Positions 18,901 through 28,513 of a stretch of DNA of 64,000 bases are shown here, piece after piece. Source of the stretch: an uncultured Candidatus Saccharibacteria bacterium (lineage in GTDB: Bacteria > Patescibacteriota > Doudnabacteria > UBA920); assembly GCA_964532425.1 (NCBI GenBank), contig CAZHIA010000003.1, positions 5,594 through 69,593 of the forward strand, written 5' to 3'. The position numbers were made by a program, and so were the translations under genes. Numbering within the stretch: the stretch's first letter is position 1; the number at the start of each line of letters is the position of its first letter. The notes below the pieces were generated by a model. The model was not told where the DNA came from. It saw only the letters and a program-made list of their open reading frames with translations, and did no database searches.

Positions 18901-21900
18901 TGCGGGACTGTTTGGATTTTGATTACAGGGGGAAGCCGGCGGACTGACCATTGCGCTGTACGCGGTTTCGACTCCGTCATGGTTGCGGGCTTTGACGTGA
19001 AAAGAATATGAGTTTCCACATGACAAGCCGGCAAAAACAGTGCTCGTTGCCGTAACCCAACCTGAATTGGACGTAGCACTTGAGTTCTCGGCATAATATT
19101 CGGTTCCAGGAGGGTTTCCGTTCGTGTCCCAGGTTAAACGGACCGATGTGGCAGAAAGTACGGTCGTAGTGGCATTGGTTGGAATCTGTGCAGCTGTATA
19201 AATACTGCTCGTTGCGGTACTTGCCGAATTACCGGCGATATCAACCACCTGGGATTGAAACACGTATTTGGTGTTCGGCGTGAGGCCGCCACTGGTCCAC
19301 GTCGCGCCTCCCGGCGTACTCGTCGCCGAATTCGTCAGGTTGATAAAGTTATACGAAGCTATCCCGGAAAGATTATCCGAAGCTCCGGACACCACAACAT
19401 CCACATGGTCCGGATTCAGCCAATTAAACGTAATGGAACCGGGGTTCGGAGGAGTCGAGTCGAGTTTGAATGCTATACTTCCCGAATTAGCAAGGCTAAA
19501 CGGTGACGTTCCGCCGTTGCCATCAATCGCCTGCACCTCCCAATAGTACGAGCTATTATCGGACAAAACCTGCCCAGGCCCACCAATAGCATACGTTCCT
19601 GTACCAGCCAGCTGCCCCACGGTGAAACCATAGGAACCCTGCGGATTAAGCGCTGACGTGTAATCGAGCTGCGAAGAAGAAAAATTACTATTGGTATCTA
19701 TCCGAATGCGATACTTCACTGAATCCGCCCCATCAGGATCAGAAAGGTTGAATGTAAAATATGGGGACGTACTTGCAGTCCAGGTATTGGTCACGAACAG
19801 GTTCGGACCAAGCGAGCTCGGCGAATTCGGCGCATTGTTGGGAATGCCGGTGGTAATGGTTTTGTCTGTTCCATAGACCGACCCCTTTAAGTTCATGGCA
19901 AACATACGGACATGGTAGGTTGTTGACGGAGCCAGTCCGGTTAATGACGAAATGAAAGTCCCGCTCGCATTCGTTATCCCATTGCTCGCCACAGAACCGG
20001 CAGTGTCATACAACTTAAACTCCGCAACAGCGGTATTTCCGCCCCCGTTATTCGCGGAAATATTTAAACGATATTTTGCGTAAGGCGTTGTGTTGACGAA
20101 ATTAAAAGAACGCGATTCTCCATTTGCCCAGCTGACTTGGTTGGAAATTGATTGCAAGCTCACCCAAGCGCTTCCGTCCCATGCTTCAAAAGTCCAGTTG
20201 CGAGGAGAGTCGCCGCCGCCGGAATAATTATTTCCGGTTATCGTATACTTGTTGACGACAGTCGAAACAGGAAAATCGTATTCTAAATCATAACTCATCC
20301 CTTGGTTGGATGACCAGTATGTGTTCGGATTACCATCAAAAGCATTTGAGGCAGAACCGATGTTTGCTTTTGACGCGGCAGCGGTACCAGTCTCAAGAAT
20401 AGCCAGATTTACATTCGGCACGGACGGGTTTGGATAGGTTGCCCACACGCTCCCGTAACCAGTGATCTGATAAAATGGTAAATCTAAAATTGTGCCGTGG
20501 CCAGTGGCGGTTGTAGACAGAATGTCGGTAACGTCATCGGAGGTGACACTCGGTACTGACGCCGGATAGAGCGAGCCAGCCGCTCCAGCGCCGTAACCAA
20601 CCCCTCCGGAAACACTGCGTGAGACGCTGTTATTATAGACGGAGCTTAACACTGAAATCCTACCGCCGCTTCCACCACCGCCGTTATTGCAACCGTTCCC
20701 CCCGTTTGAAGTTAAACTACCGGAGCCGGCAAAGTTTGTGGTGGTGATGAAAATACTCCCGCCGCTTCCACCACCCGGACTCCAACAATTGAATGCGTTA
20801 GAACCGTTTGCAGAAATTACTCCATCAACGGTAGTTGTGCCGGTTACACTGAAAATCGCCGCACCGCCACCCGCACCACCTCCGTCATTCGAACTGCCGA
20901 ACTGACTTGAGTTCCCCCCACCACTCCCAAGATCGACTGGATTCACCAAGGACCCATAGGGGCTACCAGCATTCACCGCAGACCCGTTACCACCAGAACC
21001 ACCATATGACCCTCCGGCATTATTGTCACGAGGAGTTATTTGGGAGGTTCCCGGCCCCTGCCCGCCGACGTATCCGCGGCCGTTAACGTTTACCGAACCA
21101 CTGCCGCTTACGGTAAGGTTTCCGTTTACCTGCCAATTCAATTTATAGAGACTCGCCGAACCAGTTGTGGCGGTTGTGTTATACGCATGGGTCAACATAC
21201 CGTCAATTGTCACATTATTATACGTTCTACTCGCACCCAGTGCCGCCACCACAAGAGTTGTGCCCGAAGGGATTGTAATGTTCTGATTCTGCCTCAGCAC
21301 CGCAAGGTCACCACCACTGTCAACAACAGTGCCGGACCAAGTCAGGGACGAATAGGAGAACGATGTGCCCGATTGCGCGTAGTATGCCGAGTTGCTTAAG
21401 ATTGTCAGGACAGTTGATGTAGATGAGGATCCAACCAGGTAAACGGCTGCATTATTTTTTAGAGTCACACTATCCATCACAAAAACAGGCAACGGAGTCT
21501 TTCCATACCCACGCTCGTCTGTCGCACCAGATGAATTCAGGTTGTTGTTATCGAGAAGCAAGTCTCCATTTGCTTGGGCTGCGGCTTTCTTGTACAGCGT
21601 TCCACTGCCGCCATAGTTTGGCCATGTGGTTCCGCTGTAATAGGCATAGCTCACCGAAGACACATCTGTCGTGTACTTTATCGCAATACGACCCCCGCTC
21701 CCGTTACCAGAGGCGTTTCCGCACGCATTACCGCCACGCGCGGTGATTGCACCGTTACCCGCCAGAGTTCTCGTCACCACATTAACGCTTCCCCCGCTGC
21801 CGCCACCGGCATCCCAGCAGCTAAACGCATTCCCCCCATTAGCAGAGATAGCACCACTGACGGTCGTAGTAGCCGCTACGTTCAGAATGATTGAGCCTCC

Positions 21901-24354
21901 GCCGCTCCCGCCACCATCGTTCGAACCGCCGAACGCGGTAATATTACCACCGCCGCTCCCGAGATCGGTAGGGTTAGTTATCGAACCGTATGTACCGGTC
22001 GCATTCACCTGGCTGCCGTTTCCCCCACTGCCTCCATAGGAGGCCCCGGCATTAAAATTGTGCGGCGTTATTTGAGCTGTCCCCGGACCATATCCTCCGG
22101 TAAAACCTTTCGAGTCAGCCGAAATAGAGCCGCTGACAGTTAAGCTGCCGCCAATATTTGCATTAATCCTTCCTCCGATTGTGCCCGAGGTTGCAACACT
22201 GTGAGTAACTACTGCTCCGGAATATACAATAAAATCCCCGTTTGTACTTAATGGCGCAGACAGGGCGTCATAATTAAAATTGAGGACTGACGCAACCCCT
22301 CCACCCACGACTCCGAGCGTCAGTGAGTTTATTGCAGTCGGACCGTTTATATTGACAGTCGCAGCTGACGCTATCACCGCATCATCTGTTGGTCCAGGGA
22401 CGCTACCGCTGCTCCAGTTTCCACCGTCTTCCCAATTATTCGTACCTGCCCCGCCGGTCCATGAGACCGCTGAATTATAGGCATCGGCGCGAACTCCACC
22501 AAAATCAAAAACCATGTGATGATCTCCCGTACGGAGGTCAAGAAATTTTACGGTAGCCACACTATCACATTGCCACTGGGGAACGTACACGGAATGGTCA
22601 GGACGCTCCTGGACACTAACCGCCTGATCGCCGCAGGCCAAGCTCTCAAACTGCATATCGGCCACGGTATCCTGATCAGCCGGCGAGATCACTAAGTCGG
22701 AAACTCCCGTGGTCATGAATTCGATATCCCAATACTGACCAGTTATCGGATGGGAATATACGTTCAGTACCGAAATTTCTACTGTCGGGTCGACAATGAC
22801 CGGATACGAGGCATCCTTGAGCCACTCGGCGTCCGGGATAACAGTGAGCAAATTATTCTTAAGCTTTAGTTCCAGCTTCTGGCTGACACGGCCAGCACTA
22901 TCGCTCATTTGTGGAGCGGTGATTGAATACAGTTTGTAGAGCGATTGGCCGAGATATCCTTTTTTGTAGAGGTCAATTCTGTTTGGTGAAGCTTGAAGGA
23001 AGTCGTAAGTATCCATATTCAGCAAATACCGGAATTTACGGGGATGGTGAGAATTTTTCAATACAATAGATTCTTTCAAACTTCTTGCAGAGATGTCGTA
23101 CTTCACATCAGTATTCTCAAAAACATCCGAATACGTTACCGTATCACCGGACCTTGTTCCACCTGCTGCTGCCCGAGAACCAATCATAAGCATGGACAGC
23201 ACACTTGGCGCTGGCGACGACCCTTCCGCAATGGTAATCGGTTGTGACAAATCACTCGGTAAGGCAACGTCCGCGGTTTTGGTGGAACGGTGGATCAGCG
23301 AAAATTTCTGCTGGTCTCTGAGTCGATCCTGCAGTGTGTCCGAATTCTGCACTACCCCTTCCTCAGCGACCGGTTCAGAGTATTCGGCTTTAATTTTAAC
23401 TCCATCGATGGAAAGCAGTGCATCGCTCTCATCTCCCTCTCGTAAGGAACCGGGAATGAATCGCATACGAACAGTACTGCTTCCAATTTTCGTCAAAAAA
23501 GGACGAGGAAGCTCATATTCGATAAAGCCACCCATGGCGGCGTTGGAAAATCCGCCATCCAAATTGACCACTCCTGCTTTTTTCCAGGTCTGGTCCTGGT
23601 CAAAATATTCGACTTGCAACTTGGCACCAGGCAGCGGTACAGAAGCCATCGAAATATCAATCTTTAACGTTCGTAGGTAGTCAAGATTTGGAAGGGTTGT
23701 CGAGGAGTCCTCCTGGTGAAAACCAGAAAATTCAAGATCGTAGGCAGTGGCAGAATCCTCCTGGTTTTCATTCGGACTTTGTGTGACTGATGGCTCAGTT
23801 GTGGTTGCTAATACGGACGACTCCGAGCTGCTCGGAGCGGCCTTGTCATCAGAGACGACAGGGTCTGAAATTTGTGGCACAAGATCTGCGCCAACCTCTA
23901 CCGGACCAGAACTGGCAACAGTACTTGTCGCAGCGAGGTTTGCCAATTCTGATTCAATACCAAACGCCTGAACAGCCTGAGTAACATCATCCCCAGCAGA
24001 AGATTTTTCTTCCAGATTGCCAAGAAAACTCAGCTGAGCAGAATTCGACGAAGTAAACATTGATGAATCAGCGTCTGCACCAAGCTCAGTTACGAGAGCA
24101 TTATTTACATTCTTCCAAGCAAATTTTTGGCCACCAGCCCCTGCTACTGCGGTCACCACTTGCGGAACGAATCGCAAGCTGTACAGACTATTGTTTTGGT
24201 CACCTGGAGCGTCAGATTGGCTGGTCGTATCGGCTTTCACGAGGATAACACCAGACTGAAATAATTGCGCAACAAAAAAAACGGCCACCAGAATTCTGGT
24301 TGCTAAAACGGCTAACCTGGGGTAAGTTTTATTTCTGGTTTTTATCAGTTTCAA
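15973..24354 (-). CDS. Giant (2793 aa) surface protein: Gly-rich repeats, discoidin/F5-8-like domain, fibronectin type III repeats, Pro-rich linker, C-terminal membrane anchor
   Basis: Signal-like N-terminus; two GASYGGSGG..GSGGG blocks; AFDGNPNTYWSS; Fn3 signatures LTPNTKY, YSFHVKARN; C-terminal WGTVYDSKNKQPLDP plus TM helices; TTG start uncertain. Confidence 0.8.
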   Translation of the reverse strand: MKLIKTRNKTYPRLAVLATRILVAVFFVAQLFQSGVILVKADTTSQSDAPGDQNNSLYSLRFVPQVVTAVAGAGGQKFAWKNVNNALVTELGADADSSMFTSSNSAQLSFLGNLEEKSSAGDDVTQAVQAFGIESELANLAATSTVASSGPVEVGADLVPQISDPVVSDDKAAPSSSESSVLATTTEPSVTQSPNENQEDSATAYDLEFSGFHQEDSSTTLPNLDYLRTLKIDISMASVPLPGAKLQVEYFDQDQTWKKAGVVNLDGGFSNAAMGGFIEYELPRPFLTKIGSSTVRMRFIPGSLREGDESDALLSIDGVKIKAEYSEPVAEEGVVQNSDTLQDRLRDQQKFSLIHRSTKTADVALPSDLSQPITIAEGSSPAPSVLSMLMIGSRAAAGGTRSGDTVTYSDVFENTDVKYDISARSLKESIVLKNSHHPRKFRYLLNMDTYDFLQASPNRIDLYKKGYLGQSLYKLYSITAPQMSDSAGRVSQKLELKLKNNLLTVIPDAEWLKDASYPVIVDPTVEISVLNVYSHPITGQYWDIEFMTTGVSDLVISPADQDTVADMQFESLACGDQAVSVQERPDHSVYVPQWQCDSVATVKFLDLRTGDHHMVFDFGGVRADAYNSAVSWTGGAGTNNWEDGGNWSSGSVPGPTDDAVIASAATVNINGPTAINSLTLGVVGGGVASVLNFNYDALSAPLSTNGDFIVYSGAVVTHSVATSGTIGGRINANIGGSLTVSGSISADSKGFTGGYGPGTAQITPHNFNAGASYGGSGGNGSQVNATGTYGSITNPTDLGSGGGNITAFGGSNDGGGSGGGSIILNVAATTTVSGAISANGGNAFSCWDAGGGSGGSVNVVTRTLAGNGAITARGGNACGNASGNGSGGRIAIKYTTDVSSVSYAYYSGTTWPNYGGSGTLYKKAAAQANGDLLLDNNNLNSSGATDERGYGKTPLPVFVMDSVTLKNNAAVYLVGSSSTSTVLTILSNSAYYAQSGTSFSYSSLTWSGTVVDSGGDLAVLRQNQNITIPSGTTLVVAALGASRTYNNVTIDGMLTHAYNTTATTGSASLYKLNWQVNGNLTVSGSGSVNVNGRGYVGGQGPGTSQITPRDNNAGGSYGGSGGNGSAVNAGSPYGSLVNPVDLGSGGGNSSQFGSSNDGGGAGGGAAIFSVTGTTTVDGVISANGSNAFNCWSPGGGSGGSIFITTTNFAGSGSLTSNGGNGCNNGGGGSGGRISVLSSVYNNSVSRSVSGGVGYGAGAAGSLYPASVPSVTSDDVTDILSTTATGHGTILDLPFYQITGYGSVWATYPNPSVPNVNLAILETGTAAASKANIGSASNAFDGNPNTYWSSNQGMSYDLEYDFPVSTVVNKYTITGNNYSGGGDSPRNWTFEAWDGSAWVSLQSISNQVSWANGESRSFNFVNTTPYAKYRLNISANNGGGNTAVAEFKLYDTAGSVASNGITNASGTFISSLTGLAPSTTYHVRMFAMNLKGSVYGTDKTITTGIPNNAPNSPSSLGPNLFVTNTWTASTSPYFTFNLSDPDGADSVKYRIRIDTNSNFSSSQLDYTSALNPQGSYGFTVGQLAGTGTYAIGGPGQVLSDNSSYYWEVQAIDGNGGTSPFSLANSGSIAFKLDSTPPNPGSITFNWLNPDHVDVVVSGASDNLSGIASYNFINLTNSATSTPGGATWTSGGLTPNTKYVFQSQVVDIAGNSASTATSSIYTAAQIPTNATTTVLSATSVRLTWDTNGNPPGTEYYAENSSATSNSGWVTATSTVFAGLSCGNSYSFHVKARNHDGVETAYSAMVSPPASPCNQNPNSPAYLGNGPLVNGSWINLAQPDLHFNLTDPDASDLVGYRMQISTTSDFSGLSVDYTSALAAQGDKTFVVGQNAGSGFYSVGSSAQVLPDSASGYYWRVKTLDQAGAESPWSVANNGLVAFRIDTILPNSGTLSLVSTSTGSVTIAVSGSQDAESGLSVAPYVFSNTDNWDNSGSTAATTWTDTNLPAGTYHYKVRVFDNAGNVGEALLSSQVSVQGAAASGGGGTFDPWASGSETLGFSVYVNQNDPITSTRNVTLQLTGQPGTTLMLVSNLPDLSDATPESYVTTKSWDICQNLGSCGNGTYSVYAKFLNGSGQSSGRVTDSILFQNLTSLVPGTLSVSAVTASSVSVSLTGSADAAYGLAAQPYRYFNRTTAGSSATTSNASWLSTSLVPNTQYDFYAIVTNANNTSGYAPDVFAYTLANVPGNVSTTTVTATAVGLTWDANGNPIGTEYQVENMTASTTTSWISATTTTVSGLACNSHYQFHVKARNANAQETGFSPALDITTSACDLPVQNPPSGGGGGPATPPVSQAPPQTPSVPPTDTGREPVLVPLPPEPAPVSNQPASHRDPDSVQPPVAPAENPPHQTGNLLPGSQAGSSTPIQQIPGEQPPSGGSGSIPASPVTPISPVLEGITSVASNVVRQLGEKISAGRTGIVSMPQLRSMELTSRMATIAIAPTTLTLESSLSTYGLSMNAGSASDIWLYFLRLVYGLLGMLGIRARRRHWGTVYDSKNKQPLDPVLVDLIDVRSGKEVDHAITDLYGKFGFLDKPGLYRIRARKTNYTFPSVHVAGSSDGIYENVYHGEELSVRNGSAPLTPNIPMDQQAFDWNQEDKKRIVKFHPRIEHILNITLELVFWAGLAWTLLVFAMRPNWLNGLFLAVYVVLAVLRKVVPHARLLGRLAGSRDVGGLYLELSPVALPTIVMGKAVTKPNGVFFLKSQPGTYLLKVKEISEDRAVLVYEGQVTIGKQGVLNKTIAIS

Positions 24355-24806
24355 AATAATATTCGCCTATTTCCTATATATTTATTATAACAATGTTACG
24401 TCAAATTTTCGAAAAAAATTCAATATTTTTTATAAAAAATATATCAAAAATTTCAAATCTAAAGACATTGGTAATATGAAAAAAGTTAATGTGATATTTG
24501 TGACGGATTTTCATTTTACAAAACTTTCTTATCATTTTGCTCGTACCGCATTTAAAGTATAGTACTTTTTTATTTCACCCTTCATTCATTAATCAAATCT
24601 GATCTGATTTAATTGCAGTAAATCTCATGATTTTAGCTATATGTTATCCACATAAATTTATAAAATAGTAATTCAGGGTAGGGGTACTTTTGCGGTACGG
24701 GATTGACGGTTGACCCATTCTAATTTTCATTGAACTCTTTTGAAATCAATCGATATTGACTTTTAATGTTTGAAGCTCTATCATACCAGGATACTAAGGA
24801 GGCTCC

Positions 24807-25049
24807 ATGGATTATCAGGCTGAATATGACCGCCTGCAACAGGCATGGGACGAAGCCCTTGACCGGGTCTACGATACCAATGAACATACCAAAGTCGTGG
24901 CGTTCACCCAAGACCATCGCGCAGTAACGGACGTTGCGATATACCTGGAGGACAATCGGGCAAACCTAACCGTTGAAGAGACTTTCTTTCTTCAGGTAAC
25001 TGTTGAGCTTCGCAAGGTTGCGCAAAAGATCAGGGAACACAAATCGTAG
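24807..25049 (+). CDS. Small hypothetical protein, paralog of 25373-25603
   Basis: AAGGAGG SD, TTGACT-17-TATCAT promoter, ungapped similarity to the convergent ORF. Confidence 0.7.
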   Translation: MDYQAEYDRLQQAWDEALDRVYDTNEHTKVVAFTQDHRAVTDVAIYLEDNRANLTVEETFFLQVTVELRKVAQKIREHKS

Positions 25050-25301
25050 GACTGGAGGATAATGTGGCAATATGCAATAGGAGCAATGACACGGAAGCAT
25101 AGAAACGGGCAACAACGATCTGCCGTGCGATAGTCCCGCAGGCGACCGTGCCTTGTTCAATCAGGCAGGTGTTGACGGCCCGGTAACAGGAGCCGAGATC
25201 AAACAGCATTTCCTCAACAGCTCTCCCGAGCCGATCCGAACCGGCAAAAAATCAATCCCCGCCTCCAGCCTGCCCGGCCGGCGCTCAGCCGATTAAAAAT
25301 C

Positions 25302-25331
25302 AAACGACCCGAAATGCAATTTCGGGTCGTT
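25302..25331. terminator. Bidirectional terminator
   Basis: AACGACCCGAAAT-GCA-ATTTCGGGTCGTT. Confidence 0.7.
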
Positions 25332-25372
25332 CTTATTTTGTCATTCTCGAAAGAGGCTGGGGTTCATGAAAG

Positions 25373-25603
25373 TCATGGCGACTTGACTGCAATCTTATGA
25401 TACTCGTAGGCCGCACTGAGCATGTAGATTTCCCCATCCGACAACGCATTAACGTTGTCAGCCAGATAGTTGCCGATCGCTTGAGGATCAGTACGATCCT
25501 GTACAAACACAACGGCGGAAGAATCAGGTTTGGAACTCCTGGCACCTCTGAGCGCTTCATCGTACAGCGTTTTCAATAATTCAAGCTCCTCTTCTCGGGT
25601 CAT
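25373..25603 (-). CDS. Small hypothetical protein, paralog of 24807-25049
   Basis: AGGAGG SD, TTGACG-17-TAAAAT promoter, shared DEAL, FxQD and YLxDN motifs. Confidence 0.7.
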   Translation of the reverse strand: MTREEELELLKTLYDEALRGARSSKPDSSAVVFVQDRTDPQAIGNYLADNVNALSDGEIYMLSAAYEYHKIAVKSP

Positions 25604-25776
25604 AAAATCCTCCTGTGGCTGTGCGCATTTTACTCGATTTTACGTACCTCGTCAAGAATATTTTACCAACCCTTGGGTATTGAAAAGTTATCGGACCACC
25701 TTGAAAGAAATAGATGTGCAGTGGATAGATGGATTGCCAGGTTTTAGACATGCCTTACTCGGAATTACCTGCAAAT

Positions 25777-25802
25777 AAAAACACCCCTATTCGGGGTGTT
25801 TT
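25777..25802 (-). terminator. Terminator of the ribosomal protein operon
   Basis: AAAACACCCC-TATTC-GGGGTGTTTT downstream of rpsI. Confidence 0.7.
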
Positions 25803-25838
25803 GATCTGTGTAATCTGCGTGCAGGAGTGATCTGCGAT

Positions 25839-26387
25839 CTAGCGTTTAGCCCACTGCGGGGAGCGGCGAGCTCTCTTGAGTCCGGGCTTCTTGCGTTCCT
25901 TTTCGCGCGGGTCGCGGGTAAGGAAACCGTTCTTCTTGAGCACTTTGCGAATATCATCAGAGAGGCCGGCAAGCGCCATGGAAATACCGTGGCGCAAGGC
26001 CTGGGCCTGGCTGTGCGGACCGCCGCCGGAAACGTTGGCCGTGAAATGAAAATCACTGGCCAGACCGGTCAACTGGAACGGTTTTAAAGCTTCTTCACGA
26101 TAGAAAGAGTAGCCGAAATAATCCTTGAGCGGTTTCTTGTTCACGACCGATTCCCCTTCTCCGGAGAATAATCGCACGTTGGCGATGGAGGTCTTGCGGC
26201 GTCCAGTCGAGAAAATATACTTGTCCTTGGACAAGTGCGGCTTTACGGCAATCACTGGAGTCTCGGCGACGGCAGCGGCTGCAACAACCACTTCCTTTTC
26301 CTTGGCCGGCTCTTTCTTCTTTACGGTGCGCGGCTTGCGCGGAGCCTTGGCTCCGGCGGCTGCGGTTTTCGTAGTCTTAGTTGGCAT
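25839..26387 (-). CDS. rpsI: 30S ribosomal protein S9 with Lys/Ala-rich N-terminal extension
   Basis: GRRKTSIANVR, GGGPHSQA, LTRDPREKERKKPGLKRARRSPQWAKR; start moved to 26387. Confidence 0.97.
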   Translation of the reverse strand: MPTKTTKTAAAGAKAPRKPRTVKKKEPAKEKEVVVAAAAVAETPVIAVKPHLSKDKYIFSTGRRKTSIANVRLFSGEGESVVNKKPLKDYFGYSFYREEALKPFQLTGLASDFHFTANVSGGGPHSQAQALRHGISMALAGLSDDIRKVLKKNGFLTRDPREKERKKPGLKRARRSPQWAKR

Positions 26388-26394
26388 AATACTT

Positions 26395-26473
26395 AGTACA
26401 TGTGACATTTGACCTTTGACATGTGACAGTCAGTATCAAATGTTAATGGTCAAATGTTAATGGTCAAATGTAT
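26395..26473. repeat. Inverted 7-nt tandem-repeat hairpin
   Basis: TGACATTTGACCTTTGACATGTGACA ... TCAAATGTTAATGGTCAAATGTTAATGGTCAAATGT. Confidence 0.75.
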
Positions 26474-26476
26474 GAT

Positions 26477-26902
26477 CTATATCTTCTTATCTACCTTAAA
26501 GGAATGCTGTGTTCCTTCGACCAGTTTGAGGCGGGCCATGAGCTTCTTGCGGAATTTGAGGTCATCAAGCATGTTGTAGACGGCGCGCTTTAAAACCTGC
26601 TCAGGGTGCTTTTGCAGCTCGGTCTTGAGGGTAGTCGACTTCAGTCCACCGAGATATCCGGAGTGGCGGTAGTACTTTTTCTGCTCGAGCTTCCGTCCCG
26701 TGAATTTAAGCTTGTCGACGTTCGTAGCAACCACGAAGTCACCCATATCCATGTGCGGAGTAAACGCACGCTTGTGCTTACCGCGCAGGAGGTTTGCAAT
26801 CTTGCCGGCAACGCGTCCCATGGTCTGGCTAGTGGCATCGACTTCGATCCACTGCCGCTTGATCTCGGAGACTTTGGGTAATGTTATTTTCTGGCTTTTC
26901 AT
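26477..26902 (-). CDS. rplM: 50S ribosomal protein L13
   Basis: VDATSQTMGRVA, LRGKHK..FTPHMDMGD, YYRHSGYLGGLK. Confidence 0.98.
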   Translation of the reverse strand: MKSQKITLPKVSEIKRQWIEVDATSQTMGRVAGKIANLLRGKHKRAFTPHMDMGDFVVATNVDKLKFTGRKLEQKKYYRHSGYLGGLKSTTLKTELQKHPEQVLKRAVYNMLDDLKFRKKLMARLKLVEGTQHSFKVDKKI

Positions 26903-26907
26903 AAATG

Positions 26908-27007
26908 TATCGAATCTACGAATCAGACGAATCTTCGAATGTTCTGCGAATCTACGAATCCCTACATTCGTAGTCCTTCGTAGATTCGTTCCATTCGTTG
27001 ATTCGAT
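26908..27007. repeat. Inverted ~9-nt tandem-repeat hairpin (CGAAT family)
   Basis: CGAATCTACGAATCAGACGAATCTTCGAAT... / ...TTCGTAGATTCGTTCCATTCGTTGATTCG. Confidence 0.75.
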
Positions 27008-27022
27008 GTATTAACTGTTAAC

Positions 27023-27367
27023 TTATTCTACAAATTCCAATACTGCTTTGGACTTCCCCGCTTTGGGATCGTTCAATTTGGTAAGCCGGGTATAACCGCC
27101 CTTGCGCTCTTTGAACTTTGGCCCAAGTACTTCCAGGGCTTTCTTCGCAGCCATCGGAGTCAATTTAGACAGCAGTAACCTGCGGGAATGCAAGGAATTA
27201 ACCTTCGCTTGGGTTACCGCCTTTTCAACATAACTCTTTGCGGCGCGGGCATTGGCATAGCTCGTCTCGATGCGTTCGTACAAAATTGCCGAAGAGGCCA
27301 AGGTGCGGAGCAGTTTGCGCTTGTGGTCGGTTCCCTTACCGATTTTCTTCTTTTTTGCGTGGCGCAT
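27023..27367 (-). CDS. rplQ: 50S ribosomal protein L17
   Basis: MRH, ERIETS, ERKGGYTRL. Confidence 0.96.
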   Translation of the reverse strand: MRHAKKKKIGKGTDHKRKLLRTLASSAILYERIETSYANARAAKSYVEKAVTQAKVNSLHSRRLLLSKLTPMAAKKALEVLGPKFKERKGGYTRLTKLNDPKAGKSKAVLEFVE

Positions 27368-27373
27368 AATGTT

Positions 27374-27463
27374 AGTTCAAAATTTAAAGTTCAAAATGCA
27401 AAATTTAGGTGCCGCTTCGCGGCTTCTATAATTTTTCATTTTGCACTTTTCACTTTTAATTGA
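27374..27463. repeat. 7-nt repeat hairpin (CAAAATT/TTTGCAC family), copy 1
   Basis: 57-nt block at 27374-27430 matches 29126-29182 with 3 mismatches. Confidence 0.8.
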
Positions 27464-28402
27464 TTATTGTCTTCCTAAGAAATCAAGGATCTCTTTCACG
27501 GTTTTCTCCCCGAGTCCTTCCATGTTCGAAATGTCGTCGCTATTCAAGCCTTGCAGCTGGGTCAGCGTCGTCACCCCGTTCTTGGTCAGTGCATTCTTGG
27601 CGCGGGTAGACAAAGGAGAAGCTTCAATTTCATTTTCTCCTGCCGGTTCCGCCATGGCGACAGCGCCTTCCAGCACCGGGGCATCCACAGCCGGCTGAAG
27701 CTCAGCTGGAGCAGTGAAGGTGTCAGAGAAGATCATGGTAAAGTGGTCGACCAGGATATGAGCCGCGATATCAAAGGCTTCTCCGCCTTCAATGCTCCCG
27801 TCAGTCTCCAGGACCATAACCAACTTTTCATAGTTCGTGAATTGTCCCACGCGGACATTCGACACATCGAAGTACGCGCTGCGGACTGGGGTGTAGATTG
27901 CATCAACGCCGATCACACCAACTTCCGGCTTAACGTTCTCGCGGGTCTCAACGGGCTGGTATCCCCTGCCTTGCTCAACCGTGATCTCCATGTCGAACTC
28001 GGCATTCTTGTTGTCCAGCGTAGCGATATGTAGGTCTTTGTTGATGACCTGAACCTGGTCGGTTTCCTTGATATCAGCCGCGGTCACCACACGTTCACCC
28101 TTGACCTTCACCTGAAGCTTCACCGGTTCAGCGGAAAAGCTCTTCACTCTGAGTTGCTTGAGGTTGAGGATGATCTGGATGACGTCTTCCTTGACGTTCG
28201 GAATGGTAGAGAACTCGTGGTCAACGAACTTGATCTTGACCGATGTTACAGCTGCGCCAGGCATAGAGGACAAGAGTACTCTCCTCAAAGCGCTGCCGAT
28301 GGTCACGCCGTAGCCAGGGTAAAGCGGCTCGAGCGTTAAGCTGTACTTATTGCTGCCCAAGGATTCTACCTTGGCCCGATTGGGAAGTGGAATTGCTTCC
28401 AT
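27464..28402 (-). CDS. rpoA: RNA polymerase subunit alpha
   Basis: LEPLYPGYGVTIGSALRRVLLSSMPG, HEFSTIPNVKED, DAIYTPV, LSTRAKNAL, GLGEKT. Confidence 0.98.
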   Translation of the reverse strand: MEAIPLPNRAKVESLGSNKYSLTLEPLYPGYGVTIGSALRRVLLSSMPGAAVTSVKIKFVDHEFSTIPNVKEDVIQIILNLKQLRVKSFSAEPVKLQVKVKGERVVTAADIKETDQVQVINKDLHIATLDNKNAEFDMEITVEQGRGYQPVETRENVKPEVGVIGVDAIYTPVRSAYFDVSNVRVGQFTNYEKLVMVLETDGSIEGGEAFDIAAHILVDHFTMIFSDTFTAPAELQPAVDAPVLEGAVAMAEPAGENEIEASPLSTRAKNALTKNGVTTLTQLQGLNSDDISNMEGLGEKTVKEILDFLGRQ

Positions 28403-28513
28403 ATGTGAGACCCCCTAAGTTTAAGACTTAAGCCGGACGCGGAACGCGTTCGGTGAATTGATACTATGAATGAAGACACATGCGTTCGAATTGTCGAAAC
28501 ACATGAATCTCCT

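Noticed and set aside
24355-24720. Replication origin (AT-rich region with TTATCCACA at 24644-24652)
   Set aside because: Only one clear DnaA box, no dnaA/dnaN nearby and no switch in gene orientation; more likely the regulatory region of the giant gene
25062-25295. Possible third small gene between the paralog pair
   Set aside because: The SD-preceded ATG gives only 23 codons and the longer open frame lacks a convincing start; it may be a remnant but cannot be supported
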